Source of the DNA: Bugula neritina
Taxonomy: Eukaryota; Animalia; Bryozoa
Reading direction: 5' to 3'
Length of the DNA stretch: 64,000 nt
NCBI GenBank assembly: GCA_964035545.1
Contig: OZ037766.1
Coordinates: 8,918,722-8,982,721, forward strand
Below are positions 40,787 to 52,830 of the stretch, one piece after another (the first letter of the stretch is position 1; each line of letters starts with the position of its first letter). The translations under genes and the position numbers were made by a program. The notes beneath the pieces were generated by a model. That model was given only the letters and a program-made list of their open reading frames with translations, was not told the origin of the DNA and made no database searches.

Positions 40787-42375
40787 ATGCTTCCAACTGT
40801 TTAGAATTTACCTTTGAAGGAACTGATTTGACAAATGGCTATAGATTTACAGAGAGAAGTTAGCTGTTACTATTAATAATATTCTCACCTATCCCTGCTT
40901 TGTCCTGTTCAGGTAGCGGGTATACAACTAATAGCATACATGTAGTTATGTTGAGCAGTTGAATTTTTAAACTATAGTTTTTAATTTCTTTGTATTGGTA
41001 TGGTATACTTAATAATATGTCTTCAGAGAAATTTATTTTGACTACATGTTCCAAGTTTCTACGCATGATTTTTCATTTCGAGTTTCAAAAAATGTTTCTA
41101 TTTTTAGATGACATGAAATTTATAATGCTGTGTAATACTCGTGTATTTATCTTCAAGAGTTTCTATTTTGTATATGATTTAGTTTTAATATTTATAACCT
41201 GAAGTTTTTAGATTGCTTTTTATTTTTATATAAGATTATTTTATTATTGCTGCACATGACTCAATTAACACCTTAATTACTCTGTAATATGCCATAGTGT
41301 CTCAAAAAATTTGTCTCCCTGCAATTTGCATTTCATTATCAAATAAAGTTAAGATGTCTTATTTTACCTGTCTCCGTCTTTTTCAAGATTAATTGTTTCC
41401 ACTATGAATCAGCCGCATTTAAGATAGAACTTATTTATTGTTTATTAATAATTTGAAGCTTTTGAACTTCAAGATTGGTTGAGGTTTAGCAAAAGTTGTA
41501 TTGATTGCATGCAAGGCTCACATTAATAAATAACATTAATCATTTCTACAATGCTACCTAACCTCTCTTTGATCTTACTTAATAGATGATTATTTTTTAT
41601 TTACAAAAAGTTAAAGTTGTTTTATGGTAATGGGAATAAGGCTCTTTCAGCAAAACCTTCATAGGCATTAAAGTTTCATTCAACGCTGAAACATGTTGTG
41701 TTTTACAATATAAATATTTTTTTATTATGTTGTTGACAAAACTGCTATTTTATCTTGGAGTAATTAAGATTTTTATTATATTTGTCAGTTTTAATTAAAG
41801 TTTCAAATAATTATACCTGTAAGTAAGTAATTAGACATAATGCCATAAATTAATAGTTAATTTGTAGCTGGTGGCAAGAGATTAAATGAGTCATTTACTG
41901 GGACAGGTAGCATGTCACCAGCTCTTGTCATAACATGGAATTACTTGATCGCATACCAAGTATAAACTGGCACTAAGTTGAAATATTTCAATAAAACTCA
42001 GACAAACTCTAGAAGGATCCTTTTCCTCTTATTATTTATGCATAATTAGAATACCTTCAAAATTAGTATAACATTTGTGTTTAGTTAATGGAGCAGTCCT
42101 CAAATTATTAAAATGTTATATAATACATACTACCTAAGCAGGAATGGTAAATTAACTGTATAAATTAACATAACTTACTAAATCCATTTAATACAACTAT
42201 ATGCAGCAACACAACCCCCCCCCCACCCCCTGAACAATTTTAAATAAGATGATGAACTCAAAGACTAAAAACAAATAATCAAATACTAAATAATGATAAA
42301 TTTAATAGGAAAATAAAATAGTATTTGGCATCCAGTATTTTACTCGCATATGCATCTATCATCCATTATCTAGCT

Positions 42376-42718
42376 CAGGGCTGTACAACAGGCGACCCCA
42401 GGGTCGGATGTGGCCCCCAGCCTACATTTATGTGGCCCTCGAACGCATATAGAGCTAAAGTTATTTTTCACATGTATACATGAATTACAATCATTGTACA
42501 ACCTTTTAAATGCCTTATTTATACACATAATGCAAAACATACAGCCTGCAGTAACTACTGGGACTTAATTGTATAATGATTCATAAAGTTTTGGAATAAA
42601 GTAGTTTGAAAAATGCTGATGTTGTGGCCCCCAACCCAAACTGAAGTTTACAATGTGACCCTCGTCATGAAATATTCCATTTCTGTGGCCCTCGATCTGA
42701 AAAGATTGGACACCCCTG
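42376..42718. mobile_element. Non-autonomous hAT-type DNA transposon (MITE), 343 bp
   Basis: TIRs CAGGGCTGTACAA ... TTGGACACCCCTG (reverse complement CAGGGGTGTCCAA); five subterminal TGTGGCCC-like motifs; TCTAG in both flanks (degenerate hAT target site). Confidence 0.75.
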
Positions 42719-43011
42719 GACTCTAGTATATTACTAGAAAATCAACCTTTTTTCTTCGCTATGTCCACATATACTGAAAACACTTTTCTGCACCAAAACA
42801 CTTTAATAATAATTTGATACTTCAAGTCACCCATGGAACAATGTTCTTTAATTTTACTACTAAATTCTTGCGAGAAAATAACTTTTTTTGCTGCATTGCT
42901 AACCTAGAACACATGCTTTTCTAAATTTCTCCATTACTGCACCTACCTTAGAAGTATCATAAGTGTTGTTGAGTGGTTATTTATTCTATAGAAAAGTGAA
43001 AGTGTATCAGA

Positions 43012-43688
43012 CTAGGTCTTTGTCCACATATGTGGACACAATACCCTTTAACTTCAAGTAAAATATTTTGCATCCCTTTTGTGTAACATTTTGGGGTTGT
43101 TTAGTCCCAATAATTACCTATACGGTAACCGAATGTTATGATTTTACAATCAATATTGAAAGCATGTCTGCATTTTAAAAATTATTGAATCAATCTACAA
43201 AAAGTTTTTATCGCATGAGCCAAATAAAGTAAAAGGGAAATTTTTTTGAACACTTACTACAAAAACTAATCAACCCTCAACTAAAACAGCAAAAGCCCTG
43301 GCTAACTCGGCCAATCCCAAAAACCTTAAAATGCAAAAATGCAAGCTGTAGCAGAAAAACTAGATATGTGATTGCTCAATTTACATGCAACACCTCTGCC
43401 AAGAACTTTTTAGAAAAAAATTAATAGTGATAATAACTAAAAAAAAAGAACTGTGTAAAGGATATACAGAGAGTTGAAAGTTTTGATTTAGCATCTGTAG
43501 ACTTTTATAAATAATTTGACTGCATGCCTGTATCCATGCATGTTGTTACAGAGATAATATAATATTAAACCATCTCAATCAGTGCATGCAAATGTTTAAG
43601 AACAAATTGTTAAAAAAGAAGCTCTCTATTTATTTGTTGTAGAATAATAATTGTATCCACATGATCTGTGGACAATCATAGGACCTAA
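43012..43688. mobile_element. Possible degenerate MITE with palindromic subterminal motifs
   Basis: Left TAGGTCTTTGTCCACATATGTGGACAC; right TATCCACATGATCTGTGGACAATCATAGGACCTA. Confidence 0.35.
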
Positions 43689-44703
43689 AGAAATACATGA
43701 TATAGACATAGAATTGTTTTACATGTAAAGGATGAATATTGAAAAAGCATCAAATATATATAAAGACATTTGCTAAGCAATTTTCATTGAATAGCTTGCA
43801 AGAAAGCTCTAAATATAGTATAATTCAAATCATGCTATTTATAATAATGACCATGCTCTTCTGAGAGTTAAAGCCATAATAATCTTGTTTCTACTTGAAA
43901 GGTGTTGTGAGCCATTTGCAATATATATTTTTAATTGCAAGCTCAACCATACATATCATCTGTCTGCAATGAGCTGATTACTGCTTATACTGATCTCTAT
44001 TTTTGTTCTAGGCATATGCAAATCCTTGCTATGCACAGGAGATAAATTATTGTTGCAAGATAATAAAGCCAGTGCATGGGAACTTTTAAAAGTAATTTTT
44101 TTTGTAACCACTGATATAAGTATACCATTAAAATAATAACATACTATGAATTATAAACTGGTCACCTTTGGTCACCTTTCACCGCGTGGTCCAGCGGCAG
44201 GGGGTCTATAAATTTTGAATTATTGTTTATAAAAAATCATTTTGCTACTCAACAGCTATAGCAAAATGTTATTTGTCTAGAAAGCTTCTTCTCTTATATT
44301 ATAAGTGTTGCAGTACAGTTAAACCATGTATTATACAAAATAAGTGTCGTTAAGTTTCCCAGAAAATAAGGTCACTTTTTCTTTTAATTATTAATTATCA
44401 TTAAGAATTTCATAGAAATATATTTTGTCAAAATGTACGTCAACCAACTAATTAATTGAACATTTGACACGGGTGCACCTAATTATCGTCTATCATACAG
44501 AGTGTTTATTAAACTAGAAATATTATCAAATCCTTATATATGATGCTAGCTGTTTAAGGAAATTGATTTAGAATGATGAATTGTAAGACGGTTCAAAACT
44601 TATCATATTTAAAACAATGAATAATTCTACTGATATTGGCATTTGACACAAGTGTAATTGAAAATGATGGATGGATAAATCGATGAACAGCCTTCTCCAT
44701 TCC

Positions 44704-44711
44704 TATAAAAG
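44704..44711 (+). promoter_or_regulatory. TATA box of the orphan peptide gene
   Basis: TATAAAAG about 30 nt upstream of an Inr-like TTATCAGATT; non-coding first exon ends at AAAAG|GTTTGT (44787). Confidence 0.65.
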
Positions 44712-45025
44712 GTCAGAACTCTTTGGAGTTTTATCAGATTCTCACAGCTGAAAAGAGAAGCAACTTGAAAACTAAACTTCCTAAAAGGTTTGTTTTTATT
44801 GTGACTAAATGAAGAAATAAGTATACATAATATGTTATTTAATTGAAATAAGTAAAGCTATATCAACCACTATTGAACATATTTGTTATAGTGTTTTCAA
44901 GTAACTTGCAACATAAGCTGTGTCAACATTGAGTGCATTTACTTTATACTTGATATAGCTGCGTTTGTCATTTATGTTCTTTATTTAAAATCTAATACAC
45001 TATTTTTTGCTTGTAGATTTTCAAA

Positions 45026-45811
45026 ATGGGCACTTCGCTATTGTTTGCTTCAATCTTCTTAATGATGGCTTCAGTTGGACTTATTCAACCTGCTGCAGGG
45101 CAGTTTATTTTGCGCAATCAATTGATTACAAGACCAGTAATAACACGCTTTTCTGGAGTCAATTCTATTCTTACACCCCGTTTGATTAGGGGAGGGAGAA
45201 TTGCAAGATTTGGAGCTGGACTGGGTTTCTCTAGGTTGAGGTATGTGTGTGTTGTCAATGTATTTATTCGTGCTAATAATTTGAATATACATAAAACTTC
45301 CAAGTCTTGAAAAGTAAAAACTTTCAATAATATTATATTAATTCATGATTGCAATTGCTTTTTAAATTTCGATCAAATGTGAAAAGACATTTTAAACAAT
45401 TTCACCCTTGATTATAAGTAAACTCTTGTAGGCCTTCTGTGGAGAAGCTATTACTATATTAATAACAACTATACCATTCGAAATGTTTTAAATCACATTT
45501 AGCAAAATATTAGCTTATACCAAGAAATGTTAATGTACTATAATATGTTAAAATTATATGTTGAACTATTAGTGGAAATTAAAAAACGGCAAACATGTTT
45601 TAAATCGAACTATAAAGTTTATGATGTAAAGGAATCTTTTTGCCATCTTATTTTTAACATACTCTTACTTGTTTTATGCAATGATGTTATGATATTCTGC
45701 AGGGGTAATAGTCTAATAAGAGCAATACCTATTAGAAGAACCAACTTCATTCGCTCAAGGCTCATTGGGAGTCCAATACTGCAACAAAGAGTTTTACTAA
45801 GAGCTTTTTAA
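45026..45811 (+). CDS. Orphan secreted Arg/Ile/Leu/Gly-rich cationic protein, 107 aa
   Basis: Coding exons 45026-45240 and 45703-45811 joined in phase 2 (TTGAG|GTATGT ... TTCTGCAG|G). Signal peptide MGTSLLFASIFLMMASVGLIQPAAG. Kozak-like AAAATGG, TATA at 44704, AATAAA at about 45894. Both exons share the same Arg-rich composition. Confidence 0.82.
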
Positions 45812-46023
45812 TATGCAGCAAAGTTATTTTGTTAGTGTTTAAGTTAATTTTTGTTGTTGATTGTATTATTGTTACGGTTATGTGTTTCATACAAATAAAT
45901 AAATTATAAATTATTTGAAATTTAAGAAGGAATTCAATTCATTACAGGTGTTATTGTTTAAAGGGCTTTGCTTCTACATATGTACTTTTATTGATTTCAA
46001 GTTCAAAATCTTATTACAAATAC

Positions 46024-46076
46024 CACACACACACACGCACACACGCACACACGCACACACGCACACACGCACACAT
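46024..46076. repeat. (CA)/(CACG) microsatellite
   Basis: cacacacacacacgcacacacgcacac... Confidence 0.9.
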
Positions 46077-46958
46077 GCAAGCATTTTGTCCTCTACCTTA
46101 AATAAAATTTATAAATAATGTGGGATAACTAATGACATGTTAGTAATAATGCTGTTGACGGATGTAGAAGTTACTAGTGCTGCACACGGAATTAATATGA
46201 TATTCTGTCACACAACAGTATAGCCGCCAAAATAGCTTAAATTATTATCATGAGTGAAGCCAATCTATTATTGCAAGATTTTCTGTACACATGTGTATTG
46301 ATTCTAGATAAACGTACTTTTTTATTAGAGTAGCAAACTGCAGATATAATTTTGATCAAATCTTTGCATCTAACTCCAAAATACAAACTACAAGAAGTTT
46401 TTGTTTTATTTACATATTATATGTAAATATTTTGCAAGCATTGGAAAAAATCTGCCATTTAGATTAAATTAGCCACTAGTGATGATGCAACCTACTCAAC
46501 ATCTAGAAAGTTTTACCATTGAAAATCACAAATTTATCAGCTGCATGGCACTACACTGTGTGCAACTGAAAAATCGAAATAAATTCCATAGTTATCTAGA
46601 GATAGAAAATCTAATTTGCTACATATATAGAAGATAGGCTACACAGCTTATAAGGCAAATAGTTATATAATACTAACGACATTAAAAATTCACCACAAAC
46701 ATTTTCAACAGTTACTCTTAAAATCATAAATTCATGTAATATAGCAAATATGATTGGTTATCAACCCATGTTGTACCATCAATTAGCAAAAACCGATTAT
46801 CATGCATATGAATAGTATTATGTACAACGTTGTTAATAAATTCTTAATTTAACCTTAAATTTTATGCTCATGGCAAAATTTTTCCAAATTCACAAATATG
46901 TTACAACTCCAGAGCAGCTTTTGAAAATACTAGTAGAAGTTGATAACGTAGTGCCATC

Positions 46959-47471
46959 ATGACCTGTAGTGCTATACCACTAGAGTGTAATATCAGAAGT
47001 ACAACACAACAGGACATGGCGGCTTACCAATCACCTGTGATGGACTGCCAAATGCTATCTAAGATATTACGTGAAGCTCCTGGCAATCAAGTTATAGTAA
47101 TGATGTAAGCTCAGAACAGTGTGTTATGCAGGTTGCATTTCTATGTAGTATGCTTCCATAAAATCAATTGTTTCTCATTAACAGAGTAGAATTCTAGGAT
47201 AATATATATTATTTGAAAGATGCATTCGCAATATATTATCTGTATTGTCATTTGCAGATTTATTAAAATCATTTCATCAACTTTTACAATTGAACTCTTG
47301 AAATCTAATTCAAAGATGCACTTCAGACGAATGACTATTGGCAGAGAAAATATTACGATGATTAAAACACTACAGAAAACTGCCTTTCAACTTCTCTCTA
47401 GGTGCCATCTTCTCATCAAGCCTAATTACTTTCTAACTTTCAAACTGCACCTTCATCAAACACACTTCTGA
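46959..47471 (+). other. Candidate spliced orphan ORF (119 aa) or lncRNA
   Basis: GCCATCATG start; exons 46959-47104 (donor GTAAGC) and 47258-47471 (acceptor TTTGCAG) join in frame; AATAAA at about 47723; no recognisable homology. Confidence 0.25.
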
Positions 47472-47828
47472 CAGTTTCTTATTCAATGTCTAGATTTAAG
47501 GCTATTAGTTACTAAGGAAATTGTGGCCACAGCAACTTTACCAATACACAAGTTGTGTGACAACATATGTGTCTTCATATAAGCTCATCAGTTTACTTTA
47601 TTCATGCATATTCCATTCTAGTCAACTTTCAAATATATATTCTATATCATTATGTCGCAATACCTCAAATAACCCGCTTCAAATCTTCCTTTAATGCGCT
47701 GGCACAATTTTATTTGTGTACAATAAAATCAAATGGTTAACATACATCATAGCAATATAAGTTACAAAATACAAATGCATAGCATCATAGTATATATACA
47801 TATATATACAGTATATAATGCTTCAACA

Positions 47829-50545
47829 CTAATAAACCCGCCAATCTGTTTGAGTGTGAATATCATTCAACAAATAGTCGAAATCGGTCTGAGTAGAGCT
47901 TTGTGATAACACAGCAGTTTGCTCGATCCCTGCACTGTCTTCATACATATATGTAGCAACATCTGCAAAATCTGGAGTTGGTGAATGAGTCTGAGTGCCA
48001 AAATCCATGACATCAAAAGGAAATTGCATTGCAAAGTCTGAAGTACTTTGATGAGCGGAAGAATGAGACGGTTGTGGTAAAGTCGGCCTACAGTGTTTTG
48101 GTATTTCCAATTGTTGGCTCAAATTACGATTTTTCGTAATTGTTTGAGTCCCAAAAGAGTTTACTTCAGTTACATTTTGAGACGAGACAGAAAAATCTGT
48201 AGAATGTTCATCATGACTAATACTAAACATATCATCTGTTTGCGTTGCGTACTGGTCATTACCTTCATGAAACACCTGAGTGTCTGGGTGTGAGGAAAGC
48301 TGATTAGCTGGAATAGTAAAATGGCAGTTTGACTGAGTAGGAGCAACAGCAGATGATAAAAATTGTTCATTAGTTTCAGTATTAAATAAATCATCAGTTT
48401 GAGTAGCGATTCGCCGCTCATAAGAGGTTTCAAAAATATCATTTTGCGCAACAAACTGATCTTTCATTGATGCTTCAAAACTGCGATCGGTTTGAGTAGC
48501 AAACTGGTCATTAACCTGATAATTGAACTGAGTATTAGTTTGAGTACCAAAAGAGATTAAATCGTTTATAGTTTGGGAAGTAGAATCAGTTAACATATGC
48601 AGAGAAGCGTCACCAAGTTCACATTGCAACTCCATATTTGAAGAGCTAGAGTTGGCTAACTCATTAAGAAAAGTTGACAAATTAGTCTGTGTTCCAAACT
48701 CAGCATTTGAGACGGGTGGTGTAGAAGTAGCGATCATTGATGTCTGCGTACTAAAATCTGAAGGTGTAATTGAGCTCAAGTCATGACAAGGACCTACACC
48801 TATATCTGTAGTAGACATCTGTGAAATAATGCTGCTTTGAGCCTGCACTGAAGGATTGCAAGAAGCTCCAGGGTTTGATGCCCAAATCAATGGGTTTGAA
48901 ATGTTGTGATTGTGCAAGGTACAGCCTTGCATACTAGCTGACTGATTGACTTGTAGATTCATAAACTCATCAGTTCGCAATATCCGGGCTGGGTTGGAAT
49001 ATAGATTGAGGTGTGGAAAAGTGCGTTGCGCAGCATAACACTCATGTCTAAGAGAACTCCTTCTGGATGAAATACAAGGCGAGAAAACAGGCTGATGAGT
49101 TGAAATGCTATTAGAATGATCATCCTGTTTATGAGTATCAGTTTGAGTTGAAATACTCGTTTGCCTGTAAACTGGTTGATCAGTCTGAGTGAAATCTTGC
49201 AGGGAGGTTTGGGTGGAAGAATCAATTTGGAGTGTTGTGACTTTAGGAAGCAACTTCACATATCTATTAGCAGAAGACATCTTCCCAACAACCCTAGTAA
49301 ACAGAGTAGGTGTGCAGCTTCCTATTGATTTGTCAGCGATTGAAGTTTTACCATTAGAGACACATGGGGCTTCGTCAGCTTTATCTGTAGCACTACTCGT
49401 CAATGCGTTTGATAGAACAGCTGGTTGCCTGAAATAATTTCAATAAAATGCATTTAGATGTATTGCAGTTGAATAAACCAAAAACTATCACTACAATATA
49501 AAAATATAGCTGTTTTACAATTATTTTACAAAAATTTCTCCATTATTAATTATTTTGTCTGAGTGAGAGTTGTCATTCCAAATACTATTTATTTCGCTGA
49601 ATGGTTTACATTAATTACTTAGTATTCACATAACATAATAAGTTAAACAACATTATTATACAGCCGTAACACATAAAATGATGAAGTTTGTAACATAGAT
49701 TTATATAATATAATGTAAAAAAGGCCTAACTATTGATGAAGAGGAAAAAGTTTCATTACTAAGAATTAGATCAGCATATAGGCCTAAACCAATAATAAGA
49801 AATGACAATAATTTTTATGCTATGGAAACTTACTGCGTATTCAACATGGTAAAAGGTTGGAAAATAGCAGTGTCCTCCCCATAGGTTTTACCATGCTGTT
49901 TCCAGATATGCACAGATATAGCTTCTTTGGTAGAGTAGGGTGTCTGGCAGAGAAGACACAAGTAAACATTTCCACATTTCTGTTTATGCAATATTAGCTG
50001 TGGATTAGTAGCAAACTTTTTCTGACACTTTTCACAGGTTAAGATTTTTTCTCCATGGATTTTCTTGTAATGCTAAAAAAACATAAGCATACTTAAATAA
50101 ATAAGGCATGGATAATTTTTGAAACAAAAACTGTAAGACTACTACTAATAAAGTTGGTGTACCATTCGGAGCTGTTTGAACTGTGGAAATGACCTCTCCT
50201 TTCTTGATCTTGAGCAGCCCTTTACAGGACATAGAAAATGGCGCGTGACTCCCGTTTTCTGTGCAACATTTTTTCGGGAATAATCTCCGTAACCCTAAAC
50301 ATGAAAGCTTCACTTTATAAGAGCGTCAAACAGCTTATGGATCATTAAAACACAAATAAATTTAAATAGAATAAATTACACACTTGCAGCTTGTGAGTAT
50401 TGGTCAGATGCATATTCAATGCAGGTCTATGTTTAAACACTCGCCCACATTCTGAAAACATGCATCGAAGGTTAGTCTCTGAAGGTTTGCACAGCTCAGT
50501 AATACTGGGAATAACAATGTCATCGTCGCACTCTTTCTCTCCCAT
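47829..50545 (-). CDS. ATMIN: ATM interactor / ASCIZ zinc-finger transcription factor, about 710 aa
   Basis: Exons (-): 50384-50545, 50163-50294, 49834-50072, 47829-49428. N-terminal zinc fingers (CMFSECGRVFKHRPALNMHLTNTH; FLCPVKGC..FPQFKQLRMHYKKIHGEK; CEKCQKKF..HKQKCG; CLLCQTPY..HIWKQH) followed by a disordered tail with 13 TQT LC8-binding motifs ending DIHTQTDW. Confidence 0.92.
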
Positions 50546-50989
50546 AATTCAGTAGAAAAAGGCCATTGCACTAAAACAATTTATAATATACACAATACAG
50601 CACTTATAAATCATAGCTATAAATATTATTGTAAAAACTTCTTTATTATAAGTTCACATAATGATATTAGTGGCTGAGACTATACGAATAATATACAAAT
50701 TTCACATAATAATTGTACAATATTAACAAGACTGTGAGAAACAATATACTACAAAGCTAAGCTGCAACTAAAATTAACAGCCTTGTAATTATATACTAAC
50801 AATAATTATTATTGAATGTCATAATCATAATGATAATCAACAAATTAAAATTATAAATATCGTTATTACTATTGATGGTAATCTTCTACCATCAACTTAG
50901 TTCTACTAGGATGAGATAAAAAGAGCTTTTATTAAGATATAGGCTGATCCTAGTAAGGCTATCTGCTGAATCAGTGTGTATTTGTTCTC

Positions 50990-51455
50990 AATACTTATAA
51001 GTTATACTAATACTAATAGTAATAGTAACACTCACATTGAATTTGATACTGATCCTAATACTTATAGTTTTAGTAATAGCAGCAATAGAGGTTAACTGCT
51101 ACTAATTGAGCTACTAATTTTAATTTAACTTATATTTTGATTTACACTTACAGTTAGTGAATTACACTTACAGTTACTGCCTACTGGTTTTTCAAGAGTT
51201 TAAGTTGAACTTGAAGTGTAAAGTTTATGAGTTTATTAGTTAGACTTAATGTAACTGTAAGTGTTACTAAATTTAGTGTAACTGTAAGACTAAGACTCTT
51301 AGAGTTAGTCTTACAGTTACACTAACTTCAACTTCAGGTCACTAACTTTTACTTTTAGTCTTAACTCTTAAGGCTCAAGAGTCAAGAGTAACACTAACAG
51401 TAACTGTAAGTAGTCTGTAAGACGTAAGTGTTACTATACACTATACACTTACAGG
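50990..51455. repeat. Hexamer-periodic fold-back tract upstream of the ATMIN ATG, including a perfect 21-bp inverted repeat
   Basis: ACTTAC/AGTTAC/ACTAAC/AGTAAC units; arms 51273-51293 and 51305-51325. Confidence 0.75.
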
Positions 51456-51619
51456 ATGAAAATATATGAATATAACAATGAATTATGTTCATGTAGTTAA
51501 TTAGACTTCTATTAAATATGCAACAATGACAATAATTTCTAATATGTATTACTTCATGTATTATATATGATAATATAAATATTATTAATTTACTTGTAAT
51601 CTAAATAATTATTGTCATT

Positions 51620-51790
51620 TAGTGATTTACAGCTATTGCCTGTGCGCCTTTTGTGCGTAAAGTCAAGACACGAGAGAGCATTTCTATTTGCCCGCAAAAT
51701 AGAAAGTTTAACGTTTTGGTTAGTTTTAGACAACGGTTAAGGTCATTCATCAACGTGAGCTGCTTCGTCAACATCAAGATTAAATTTAAA
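51620..51790. promoter_or_regulatory. Putative bidirectional promoter core of ATMIN (-) and DDX51 (+)
   Basis: The clearest CpG-containing patch between the head-to-head genes (TGTGCGCC, TTTGCCCGCAAAA E2F-like, CACGAG, AACGTG). Confidence 0.5.
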
Positions 51791-52139
51791 TAATATAATT
51801 CAATGAATTATTGTTATTATTTATAAGGTAATAACGTCATTTACTTTTAGTTTGAATAATATTTAAGGTTGTTGGTAGCACTAAAGCTGTAAGTGTAAAA
51901 ACTGTAAGTAAATGAACTTACAACGTTGATTATCATTATGATTATTAATATTAATAATAATTAAAATATTAAATATAATATTAATAACAAAATATTAATT
52001 TTAAATTATTATTATTATTATAAGTTGAACTCATGCTGCAAGTGCAAGTGCATTCAGCATTGGTGATTGGTTATACATATATTTATAGTTATACCTGTAT
52101 CTGTTGGCATGGCTACTGACTGCCAGGTTCAGTGCCACT

Positions 52140-52830
52140 TGTAATTCACTAATACTAATAGTAATTGTAAGGACACTCACACTGACGCTGTCTGTGAACT
52201 TCAGCATCAACTTTTAGTACTAGTACCAGTTGTACTACAAGTACAAGTTCAAGTTGTACTTTTGCTTATAGTTATACTTATACTTAGTCTTATAGTATTA
52301 CTATTAGTTATTCTAGGCTAATTATATTTATTAATATTATACATTAAATTTAATTATTTATAATAATAATTATTATACTTATAGTTATAGTAATAATAAT
52401 AATAGTAATAGTAGATGATTTTATTCTTCATCTTGATTCTAACCGACTTATAAATAAGTAGGAGTTTCTCAGTTAAAGCATGACCATTAGACTTGGTGAT
52501 TGGCATTACCATGATGTTTTTTACTGAGCGTCAGTGTGAGTATCAGTATAAGTATCGGTATCAGTATCATTATCAGTGTGACTATGAGTACTCCTCATGC
52601 AGGGTAGCTGTATTAGTATTACTATGACTGATAGTCTAATACTAATAGTAATGCTAGTAACTGTAATGGTATTATTATATTAGTAATACTATTAGTACTC
52701 CTATAACTACTAAAGACAAAGTTGAGTTAATACTAATAGTAATTGTAGTAGTAATTATAATATTATTATAATTGTAATTATTATGAAAGTAAAAGTAAAA
52801 GTCAAGTGTAACTACAAGTATTGGCATAAG
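52140..52830. repeat. Hexamer-periodic AGTAAT/ACTAAT/AGTATC tracts flanking the first DDX51 coding exon
   Basis: AATACTAATAGTAAT at 52151, 52638 and 52729; AGTATC-type run at about 52539-52580. Confidence 0.75.

Noticed and set aside
45915-46118. ORF with a His/Thr repeat
   Set aside because: Translation of the CA microsatellite downstream of the peptide gene's poly(A) signal
47829-49403. 524-aa ORF as a standalone mucin-like or repeat protein
   Set aside because: It is the terminal exon of ATMIN and splices in phase to the zinc-finger exons
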